Positions 1 to 8,165 of a stretch of 56,268 bases of DNA are shown here, one piece after another. The notes under the pieces are model-generated. The model was not told the origin of the DNA and ran no database searches. It saw only the letters and a program-made list of their open reading frames with translations. Every line of letters begins with the position of its first letter. Position 1 is the first letter of the stretch. Location of the stretch: sequence record SRR2962707_1778, one strand, 5' to 3'. The translations under genes were made by a program, and so were the position numbers.

Positions 1-62
1 GCTTAATAAGCGTATTAGACCTAGCGCTTAGATAGGGTGTTGAACACACTCTGAGCAAAACG

Positions 63-91
63 AAAAAGCCGTGTCGAGACACGGCTTTTTT
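63..91. terminator. Bidirectional intrinsic terminator
   Basis: AAAAAGCCGTGT-CGAG-ACACGGCTTTTTT: GC-rich stem with A/T tracts on both sides, downstream of the minus-strand 172..1386 gene. Confidence 0.85.
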
Positions 92-171
92 ATGACTTAT
101 TGTCGAACTAATGAGGTTTGTCAGTAGCCAATAGGAGTCACTCAATAAGCAGACTGAGTGACCCTTCCTCG

Positions 172-1386
172 TTATTCTGGTTTTAGTTCAGTCAGTTCTT
201 CACTGAACCAAATTTTACGTTTGAAGCGAGGGTTTTTCGACGACATATCGATCTTGTATGGGTTTGGCTCATGCGTTTGAGGCAACTCTAGAATGTTGCA
301 CAGCTCTTGTGCCAACCATTTCTCAACTTTTAGCACGACCATTTTTTTACGTAGACGGCCTTGCTCGTCACGATTCAAAATAGTCGGCAATGTATTCAGC
401 GTTAGAATCTCACCCAATGCCGGGTGCGCCATACGCTCACGTCCTTCATCGCTGGCATAAAAATGCGAGACGGCGAAGACCATACGTTGAGGGTTGATTT
501 GTTGTAAAAACTGACACGATTTCACCACGGTAGAACCAGTACGCACCATGTCGTCAAACAACACAATGCTGGCGCCGTCTAGGCCGTCGAACGTGTGCTC
601 ACTTTCTTTGTGTAGGGTGATTTCTACTTTACGCTCATCAGTACGCTCTTTGTCGAGCATAATGAATTTGGCTTTGCTCAGACCAAGCGTATTGAACATC
701 TCTTTAACGAAGTCGCGAGCGCCTTTATCTGGAGCACAAAGTACCAAGCCTTCGCCATCTTTGCCGTAATGCAAAATGTCTGAATTCAGCAAATAGTGCG
801 CGTAAATTTCATAAGGGATTAGGTTATGGAAATCGCCTTCAAAGACTTCATTAAAGATCTTTTGTACGGAATCTGAATGGTTATGGATCGTCATGACGGT
901 ATCGACGCCAGACAGTTTTAGCATTTGTGCGTAAAGCTTCGCGGTGAAGGGTTGGCCATCGAACTTTTTAATGTCTTTCACATCGCGTTCGAAGCTGGTT
1001 TCACCTAGGCTTTTGTGAGGTCCGCGATCCTGTGCGCTGTAGAACAAATCTGGTTCTACTAGGATGACACGGGCGGCGCCGTTTTCTTTCGCTGCTCTGG
1101 CGATAATGAAATTCGACATAGCAAGTTCTTGGCGAGTTTTCACATGGCTGCCAGTACTGACAATAATGACAGACTTGCCTTTAAGTTTACGGCCTATATT
1201 TTCAAAATCTGTCTCGTCAGAAATGAAACGCGGACAGAACTCAGAGTTCATGAATTGCTTCATGCTGATCAAGTCAGCAATGTCATCGTATTGGCCCATA
1301 GCATAGGCGATATCAATAGCAAATGGATTATCGGAAGAGTTACTAACGACTACAACGTTAGCTGGCTGACCGGTCGACAAAGTCAT
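172..1386 (-). CDS. Divergent ribose-phosphate pyrophosphokinase (PRPP synthetase) family protein
   Basis: PRPP-binding motif LFDDMVRTGST, loop YSAQDR (canonical YARQDR), APDKGA and DKER motifs; longer than canonical Prs (~315 aa). Confidence 0.8.
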   Translation of the reverse strand: MTLSTGQPANVVVVSNSSDNPFAIDIAYAMGQYDDIADLISMKQFMNSEFCPRFISDETDFENIGRKLKGKSVIIVSTGSHVKTRQELAMSNFIIARAAKENGAARVILVEPDLFYSAQDRGPHKSLGETSFERDVKDIKKFDGQPFTAKLYAQMLKLSGVDTVMTIHNHSDSVQKIFNEVFEGDFHNLIPYEIYAHYLLNSDILHYGKDGEGLVLCAPDKGARDFVKEMFNTLGLSKAKFIMLDKERTDERKVEITLHKESEHTFDGLDGASIVLFDDMVRTGSTVVKSCQFLQQINPQRMVFAVSHFYASDEGRERMAHPALGEILTLNTLPTILNRDEQGRLRKKMVVLKVEKWLAQELCNILELPQTHEPNPYKIDMSSKNPRFKRKIWFSEELTELKPE

Positions 1387-1641
1387 GAAAGATCCTTAAC
1401 TAGAGGGGGTATGGGGATGAGCCAATTTTAATACTTGTCGGCTTATTGCGATAGGGTCGATGGAGATAAATCGCACATTAGTTTTAAGATAGATGATAAC
1501 TGATTCTTATTCGTAAAAAAGAACTGTGTCGTTTCGGTTTTTATTCTTGCTTTTAAGCTGGGTATTCATTCCGCTCTTCGTTTTTTGTGTTTTTCCTAAA
1601 CGGTTTGGAAAGTATTGGAAAGGCAATGTTGAATTTTTAGC

Positions 1642-1670
1642 AAAGTAAGCCGCACAGTGGCGACTCACTT
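1642..1670 (-). terminator. Hairpin 3' of the regulator gene (probable weak terminator)
   Basis: Minus strand AAGTGAGTCGC-cactgt-GCGGCTTACTT pairs fully with G-U wobbles only in this orientation. Confidence 0.45.
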
Positions 1671-1749
1671 CATCATGGACGGGACGCCCCTAGACACCTA
1701 ATAAGGCGAACACCGAGTGAATAATAGGTGTCTTTTGAAGTCTCTTTGA

Positions 1750-3273
1750 CTAACCGCCACAGGCTTGATAGCAACTTGGGGTCCTCGGACACACAGACCC
1801 TCTTGAGCAGATTAGCCTAGCGTCGTTATCTATGCCTCGTTCGATCCAGTTAATGTTAAGGATTTTTGCCACGCTCATCAGGTCTTTCTTCATGGCGTTG
1901 GGAATGGCCGATGTGCCGCCGCCACTAAAGCAGGCCTGTTTGAGCTCTTGAGCAATGGCGATAGCATCTTTGCCTTGCGCCGTAATCGCTGGGTTCAAAT
2001 CGATGCCAGAACAGAGAACGTGACTGCTGCCAGTTAGGTCTTGTACCTTGATGGATTCACAGGCATAGATACGCGGCTCGTCTCCCACGTTTAAAATGGA
2101 AATCTGCGCTGAAGTCCCCGTGGTCGGCGCGGTAATCATCCGAAATACAGCCCAGTTCTGACAAGGGTCTTCGACCAAACTCATGTTTCCCCAGGGCAAA
2201 GGAATGCCATTGCCGCGATAAACCGCTTTTAGTTTGCCCGGTGCAAAGGCATCAAAATAATGCCAATGGGGGTAGGGCGACACCGCGGTCATGCGGCGCA
2301 TGGCCACCGACTCAGAGACACCAGCCAATTTTGCCGTGTTAATTTCGTAACCATTTCGGTCAAGCATTTGCCGAAAGGGTACTTTAGGACACAGTAAGGC
2401 GCCGGCAAAAAAACTGCACTCAAAATCCCGCCACGCATAGAGGATATCTTGCGCATCCATACCTGAGGTTTGTACTCGCGAATTGGGCGCTTGCAGAGGG
2501 GATATTTCATTACGTCCGGTCACTAAAACGTTTCTCATGCCGTCTTTATCGTGCAATACCGCATGACCAATATGCACCGCGAGATTGTACTTTAGTCGTT
2601 GTGGCTGGGACTTCATTATCTGATTGATGTAGATCTGGTTTGGGGGCTCAAAAAACGAGGTAACGACATGTTGCTCGTTGATTCCCATGCTCTCTAATAC
2701 TGACAAAGGGGTTTTGCGGAACCATTTGATCTGCAACCCCATCTGCTTGGTGATGGCGACTATGTCGTCGAGGCTGAGAGGTAAGCGTTTTAACCCCACT
2801 TCTTCTGCTGCTCGTTCTAAATCTGGGAAATGATTTTGATGATGTTCTTGGTGGGCACGAATCAAAAGATGGGCGAATTGACGACCGCTGGTGCCGGTTT
2901 GAGACAGCATTTCAGGAATGGCAATTTGCAGGATCTCTTTTGAGAACAAGAAGTTTGGCTCCAGCGCCATGCCATTAATGCCACCACCGGACCCTTTTTG
3001 CGGAACGATCGCGTCTTCTTCTGGAATGTCGTCTAAAAACCAATCGATGTTTTTCTGAAAAACACTGGCAATAATCTCCAATACTTCTTCACTGGGAACG
3101 CGTTTACCGCGTTCTATCATGGACAAATAAGAGACAGACGGCGCGTATTCCGCGTTCACTTTTACGCATCTTGCAGACAGGTCTTCCATCGTCAAACGGT
3201 TGCGTTTTCTGAGGTTGCGGATCTTAGTACCCAAAAAATGGGCTTTACGGATAAGGCTATTTTTATTTTTCAT
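1750..3273 (-). CDS. XRE-family RamB/ScfR-like regulator of the glyoxylate shunt (DUF3612-type)
   Basis: N-terminal XRE HTH (SVSYLSMIERGKR), NHFPDLERAAE segment, IrrE/ImmA-like central region, FAGALLCP, C-terminal Cys cluster; divergent from glcB-aceA. Confidence 0.85.
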   Translation of the reverse strand: MKNKNSLIRKAHFLGTKIRNLRKRNRLTMEDLSARCVKVNAEYAPSVSYLSMIERGKRVPSEEVLEIIASVFQKNIDWFLDDIPEEDAIVPQKGSGGGINGMALEPNFLFSKEILQIAIPEMLSQTGTSGRQFAHLLIRAHQEHHQNHFPDLERAAEEVGLKRLPLSLDDIVAITKQMGLQIKWFRKTPLSVLESMGINEQHVVTSFFEPPNQIYINQIMKSQPQRLKYNLAVHIGHAVLHDKDGMRNVLVTGRNEISPLQAPNSRVQTSGMDAQDILYAWRDFECSFFAGALLCPKVPFRQMLDRNGYEINTAKLAGVSESVAMRRMTAVSPYPHWHYFDAFAPGKLKAVYRGNGIPLPWGNMSLVEDPCQNWAVFRMITAPTTGTSAQISILNVGDEPRIYACESIKVQDLTGSSHVLCSGIDLNPAITAQGKDAIAIAQELKQACFSGGGTSAIPNAMKKDLMSVAKILNINWIERGIDNDARLICSRGSVCPRTPSCYQACGG

Positions 3274-3276
3274 TTT

Positions 3277-3314
3277 TGTAAAATTTACACTGTGTAATTC
3301 TTATTGTGAAATTT
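3277..3314. promoter_or_regulatory. Candidate operator for the RamB-like regulator
   Basis: Palindrome TGTAAA-A-TTTACA (3277-3289) and three TGTRWAATT copies at 3277, 3291 and 3305. Confidence 0.55.
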
Positions 3315-3404
3315 TAATTTAGTTTGTCATAGACTAAAAATCAAGCAATCGGAACTTGTTACCGACATCCCGACAAGACAGGCAGATGAGAAAAGGAAAG
3401 TAAG

Positions 3405-5618
3405 ATGAAGCAATCACACAATAAAAATACTGCAATGCAAGATGGGTTAGACCTGTTCGTAAATGATGATTTCCGTCGCTTTCTTGATAACGATGTCTTG
3501 CCACTGCATGGCTTAGAGACTGAGACATTTTGGCGTGACCTTAAGCAGTTGATCTGCGACCTAGCACCTGTCAATCGCCAGTTGCTCGCCACGCGAACTC
3601 GCCTGCAACAGCAAATTGACCAGTGGCATAAAGAACAACAAGGTCAGCCAATGGACATGGCGGAGTACGAGTCTTTTCTCAGAGACATTGGCTACATAGT
3701 AAAAGCAGGTGGTGATGTCACTGTAAGCACTGACCATGTGGACGACGAGATCGCGCAGTTAGCAGGCCCTCAATTGGTTGTACCGCTTAAAAATGCTCGC
3801 TTTGCGTTGAACGCAGTAAACGCTCGTTGGGGCAGTATGTACGACGCTTTTTACGGCACCGATGTCATTGAACGCGGCGAACTCGATCTGGCTGGTGGGC
3901 ATAATGCACAGCGCGGTCAACAGGTTATCGCGAAAGCAAAAGACTTTTTGGATGAGATCTTCCCATTAGACCAAGGTTCTCATCATGATGTGACCAGCTA
4001 TGTTGTTTACTACCATCATCTGTTGGCCTTTTTCGCCGATGGCCGTCAAACCGGACTGAAAAAACCTTGCCAGTTCGTTGCTATTAATGGGCAAAAAGCC
4101 GACCCAGAGTCGCTTTTGCTGAAAAACAATGGCCTGCATGTGGAGATCAAATTCGATCGTAATGGCAAAAATGGCATAAGCGACAAGGCCAATATTGATG
4201 ACATCCTCATTGAGTCTGCGCTGACCACCATTATGGACTGTGAAGATTCTGTTGCCGCGGTGGACGCCGAGGACAAATTAGAGGTTTACCAGAACTGGTT
4301 AGGATTGATGCAAGGCACCTTGGAAACAAGCTTTGAAAAAGACGGTGAAACCCACACACGCAGGATGAATCCAGATCGTATTTTTTCTGACTTAGACGGT
4401 GAGGTGTATCGAGTTTCAGGTCGTTCTTTGATGTTGATTCGAAATGTCGGGCATTTGATGGAATCGGATTTGATCCAAGATTCAAAGGGAGATTTTGTAC
4501 CAGAAGGCATCATAGATGCCGTGGTAACTGCTCTGATTGGTGCCTTGGATTTGCAGCGTGAAACAGGCCTTAGCAATAGCCGCACCGGCAGCATTTACAT
4601 TGTAAAACCGAAAATGCACGGACCCGAAGAAGTGGCTTTTAGTTGCGAGTTGTTTGCCCGTGTTGAGCAACTTTTGGGTTTGGCGAAGAACACATTGAAG
4701 ATTGGCATTATGGATGAAGAGCGCCGTACAACGCTGAATCTAAAAGAGTGTATTCGCATGGCGCAAGAACGTGTGGTGTTTATTAACACCGGCTTCTTAG
4801 ATCGTACCGGTGACGAAATACACACCAGTATGCAGGCCGGGGCGTTTTTGCCCAAAGATCAGATTAAACAGCAAGTGTGGATAGACGCGTACGAGAATCG
4901 CAATGTCGATGTTGGCTTGCAGTGCGGTTTGCAAGGTCGAGCACAGATAGGCAAAGGCATGTGGGCGATGCCAGATGAGATGGCGATGATGATGAAAACC
5001 AAAATCGCACACCCGCAAGCCGGCGCTAATACCGCTTGGGTACCGTCGCCAACTGCGGCAACACTGCACGCTCTGCATTATCACCAAGTTGATGTGTTTG
5101 CTGAGCAAGAGAGCATCAAACAGCGGACGCCAGTGACCTTTACGGATTTGCTGCGAATTCCCATTATTCAACCGGGGCAGGCCTTGTCTGCCGAGATTAT
5201 TCAACGCGAAATTGAGAACAATGTTCAAGGGTTGTTGGGGTATGTCGTGCGCTGGGTTGAAGCGGGCGTTGGTTGCTCAAAAGTGCCCGATATTAACAAT
5301 ACGGCGCTCATGGAAGACCGCGCGACATTGCGTATTTCTAGCCAGCATTTGGCGAATTGGTTACTGCACGGCATTTGTAATAAAAGCCAGGTGATGGATG
5401 TGATGGAACGCATGGCCAAGGTAGTGGATGAACAAAATAAAACCACCGCAGGCTATCAGCCAATGGCGCCAGAAGGCAAGACCGCGAGTGAGCAGGCAAG
5501 TTTCGCTTTCAAGGCCGCACAGGATTTGATTTTCAACGGTGTTGAGCAGCCAAGCGGTTACACCGAGCCGCTTTTGCATACCTACCGAGTAAGGGCAAAA
5601 GCCGCTGCGAAGCAGTAG
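3405..5618 (+). CDS. glcB: Malate synthase G
   Basis: 737 aa; GPQLVVP, NARWGS, IMDCEDSVAAVD, KPKMHGPEEV, GIMDEERRT, LMEDRATLRISSQ. Confidence 0.97.
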   Translation: MKQSHNKNTAMQDGLDLFVNDDFRRFLDNDVLPLHGLETETFWRDLKQLICDLAPVNRQLLATRTRLQQQIDQWHKEQQGQPMDMAEYESFLRDIGYIVKAGGDVTVSTDHVDDEIAQLAGPQLVVPLKNARFALNAVNARWGSMYDAFYGTDVIERGELDLAGGHNAQRGQQVIAKAKDFLDEIFPLDQGSHHDVTSYVVYYHHLLAFFADGRQTGLKKPCQFVAINGQKADPESLLLKNNGLHVEIKFDRNGKNGISDKANIDDILIESALTTIMDCEDSVAAVDAEDKLEVYQNWLGLMQGTLETSFEKDGETHTRRMNPDRIFSDLDGEVYRVSGRSLMLIRNVGHLMESDLIQDSKGDFVPEGIIDAVVTALIGALDLQRETGLSNSRTGSIYIVKPKMHGPEEVAFSCELFARVEQLLGLAKNTLKIGIMDEERRTTLNLKECIRMAQERVVFINTGFLDRTGDEIHTSMQAGAFLPKDQIKQQVWIDAYENRNVDVGLQCGLQGRAQIGKGMWAMPDEMAMMMKTKIAHPQAGANTAWVPSPTAATLHALHYHQVDVFAEQESIKQRTPVTFTDLLRIPIIQPGQALSAEIIQREIENNVQGLLGYVVRWVEAGVGCSKVPDINNTALMEDRATLRISSQHLANWLLHGICNKSQVMDVMERMAKVVDEQNKTTAGYQPMAPEGKTASEQASFAFKAAQDLIFNGVEQPSGYTEPLLHTYRVRAKAAAKQ

Positions 5619-5705
5619 TGTACAAAGATGAATTTGATTGATTTAAACGATGTTGGCAGTCGCCAAAGAGACTAAAAACCTAACCCTAAATAAGAGAGCT
5701 TAACC

Positions 5706-7310
5706 ATGCAAACTTACAAAAACAAAACTCAGCAGGCAGCACAAACTATTCAGCAACAAGGCACATGGGGGGCGATTAACCCTGAAAATGTGGCCAGAAT
5801 GCAATTGCAGAATCGTTTTACCAGTGGTTTAGACATTGCAAAATACACGGCTAAGATCATGCGTGAAGACATGGCAAGTTACGATAAAGACGCGGCCAAT
5901 TACACTCAGTCTTTGGGGTGCTGGCATGGTTTTATCGGCCAACAAAAAATGATCTCTATTAAGAAGCACTTTGGTACGACGCGCAGTCGTTACCTGTATC
6001 TATCTGGTTGGATGGTGGCGGCCATGCGTTCTGAATTTGGGCCTTTACCTGATCAGTCTATGCATGAAAAAACGTCTGTGCCGGCCTTGATCGAAGAGCT
6101 TTATACCTTTTTGAAGCAAGCGGATGCTCGTGAGCTACAGCATTTATTTAAAGAAATGGACGAGGCTCGTGCCGCTGGTGATCAGGTGCGTGAGCAGGCG
6201 GCGCAAACGCAAATTGATAATTTTGAAACCCATGTAGTGCCTATTATCGCCGATATAGATGCAGGTTTTGGTAATGAAGAAGCGACCTACTTGCTAGCGA
6301 AAAAAATGATCGAAGCGGGCGCATGTTGTATTCAGATCGAGAATCAGGTGTCTGATGCCAAACAGTGTGGTCACCAAGATGGCAAGGTAACCGTGCCTCA
6401 TGAGGACTTCTTAGCGAAAATTAACGCGGTACGCTATGCCTTTATGGAGTTGGGCGTTGACGATGGTGTGATCGTTGCTCGTACGGATTCATTAGGGGCA
6501 GGCTTAACGCAAAAAATCCCAGTGTCTCGTGAGCCAGGTGATTTGGCGGATCAATACAATGCCTACCTAGATGGGGAAGAAGTGAACTCATTGGCTGACA
6601 TGCAATCGGGTGATATGGCGATCAAACAAGGCGATCGTTTGATCAAACCGACCCGTTTGCCAAATGGTTTAGTACGCTTTAAAGCGGATACTGGTGCAGA
6701 TCGTGTGGTATTGGATTGTATTACGTCGTTGCAAAATGGTGCGGATCTGTTGTGGATCGAAACGGAAAAGCCTCATATCGGTCAAATAGCTGAGTTGGTA
6801 AACCGTATCCGTGATGTCGTGCCTAAGGCCAAATTGGTTTACAACAACAGCCCATCGTTTAACTGGACGTTAAACTTCCGTCAGCAAGTATTTGATGCTT
6901 GGTTGGAAGAAGGTAAAAACACGGCCGATTACCAGCGTGATCAGTTGATGTCTTCTCAATACGATGGCACAGAATTGGCGGATGAAGCGGATGAGCGTAT
7001 TCGTTGCTTCCAAAGAGACGCCGCACAGCAAGCGGGTATTTTCCATCATTTGATTACCTTGCCGACTTACCATACCGCGGCCTTGTCTACTGACAATTTA
7101 GCGAAAGACTACTTTGGCGAGCAAGGCATGTTGGGTTACGTGAAAGAAGTGCAGCGCAAAGAAATTCGTCAAGGTCTGGCCTGTGTGAAGCATCAGGACA
7201 TGTCTGGCTCAAACATAGGCGATGACCATAAAGAGTACTTCTCTGGTGCACAAGCGCTAAAAGCATCAGGCAAAGACAATACGATGAATCAGTTCGCCGT
7301 ATCTTCTTAA
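5706..7310 (+). CDS. aceA: Isocitrate lyase (long, Pseudomonas-type)
   Basis: DIDAGFG, QIENQVSDAKQCGHQDGK catalytic loop, LWIETEKP, YNNSPSFNW. Confidence 0.97.
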   Translation: MQTYKNKTQQAAQTIQQQGTWGAINPENVARMQLQNRFTSGLDIAKYTAKIMREDMASYDKDAANYTQSLGCWHGFIGQQKMISIKKHFGTTRSRYLYLSGWMVAAMRSEFGPLPDQSMHEKTSVPALIEELYTFLKQADARELQHLFKEMDEARAAGDQVREQAAQTQIDNFETHVVPIIADIDAGFGNEEATYLLAKKMIEAGACCIQIENQVSDAKQCGHQDGKVTVPHEDFLAKINAVRYAFMELGVDDGVIVARTDSLGAGLTQKIPVSREPGDLADQYNAYLDGEEVNSLADMQSGDMAIKQGDRLIKPTRLPNGLVRFKADTGADRVVLDCITSLQNGADLLWIETEKPHIGQIAELVNRIRDVVPKAKLVYNNSPSFNWTLNFRQQVFDAWLEEGKNTADYQRDQLMSSQYDGTELADEADERIRCFQRDAAQQAGIFHHLITLPTYHTAALSTDNLAKDYFGEQGMLGYVKEVQRKEIRQGLACVKHQDMSGSNIGDDHKEYFSGAQALKASGKDNTMNQFAVSS

Positions 7311-7403
7311 GGAAATCTTAAGAAGCTGAGTTCTGTAAAGAGATCTTAGAATGATGTTGTTCTAAAAAGATCCTAATAAAGAGTTTCCTTAATAGACCTT
7401 TGT

Positions 7404-7438
7404 AAGGTCAGCAATGATGTGATTGCTGGCCTTTTTTT
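7404..7438 (+). terminator. Intrinsic terminator of glcB-aceA
   Basis: AAGGTCAGCAAT...ATTGCTGGCCTT followed by a T run. Confidence 0.85.
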
Positions 7439-7535
7439 GTCTATTAAATAGTTTAATTCGAATGTCTTTAATACTTTGTTTGCCTTTCCTCTTTAAGCTA
7501 CTTAGCATTGCGCCTATCTGTTTTATAGGAGCAAT

Positions 7536-7973
7536 GTGGTGGACGTAACACAGAATAGATTGAAAACAGCGACCATTGTCTCAGCCATTACTATGGTGCT
7601 GACAGGCTGCTCTTTATTCTCAAACAATGGATACCAAGGTGGCGATCATCGTGGCGGTGGGCCTACGGGGCCATTAACGGGCACGGAAATAGCTAACAAA
7701 ATAGACCCTGAAGACCTAAAAGCCGAGCAAGACGAAAACGCCCCTTATGTTGGCGGTGATCATCGTGGTGGAGGCCCAACGGGACCTTTATCTGGTGTAG
7801 CAACCGACAGCGCAGCGAGCTCTGAGGAAAAAGCGACTCAAACCTCTTCTATTGCAGAAAACTCGGCGAGCGTGGAACAAAGCAGTGATCTTCAAGAAAG
7901 CTCAGAAACTGGCGCAGACGAAGAAGTGTACTTAGGCGGAGATCATAGGGGCGGCGGTTCTGTGGTGCCTTGA
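7536..7973 (+). CDS. Uncharacterised lipoprotein with three YxGGDHRGGG repeats
   Basis: AGGAG RBS, GTG start, lipobox VLTGC, three repeats that differ at synonymous positions, own terminator. Confidence 0.8.
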   Translation: MVDVTQNRLKTATIVSAITMVLTGCSLFSNNGYQGGDHRGGGPTGPLTGTEIANKIDPEDLKAEQDENAPYVGGDHRGGGPTGPLSGVATDSAASSEEKATQTSSIAENSASVEQSSDLQESSETGADEEVYLGGDHRGGGSVVP

Positions 7974-8001
7974 TCGAGTCAATGGTGCAGCATTGTCTAA
8001 T

Positions 8002-8041
8002 AAAAAACCTGAGCGTTGGGCAACCATACTCAGGTTTTTTT
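8002..8041 (+). terminator. Intrinsic terminator
   Basis: AAAAAACCTGAG...CTCAGGTTTTTTT. Confidence 0.85.
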
Positions 8042-8068
8042 ATGGAAGTTAGGACACCTTGTTAGGCG

Positions 8069-8113
8069 ATGACATAGTGTGTTCATTAAAGTGTCATCGA
8101 TTCTGTGTATTTT
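8069..8113 (+). promoter_or_regulatory. Pho box (PhoB site) and -10 element
   Basis: ATGACAT, TGTTCAT and GTGTCAT at 8069, 8080 and 8091 (11-bp period), ending 10 bp before a TATTTT -10. Confidence 0.7.
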
Positions 8114-8165
8114 GATGGGATAGCAATTAACCGTCTACGATGTTCGCATTTGAAGGATACACAAG

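Noticed and set aside
1490-1513. Fur-box-like GATGATAACTGATTCTTATT upstream of the PRS-like gene
   Set aside because: Needs a 1-nt gap to fit the 19-bp or 7-1-7 consensus, and the context is AT-rich
1692-1733. Inverted repeat AGACACCTA...TAGGTGTCT as a MITE or sRNA
   Set aside because: Single copy in the window, 9-bp arms, no target duplication; most simply a 3' structure of the regulator mRNA
3334-3592. Short minus-strand ORFs over the glcB start
   Set aside because: Antisense shadows with no RBS or motifs
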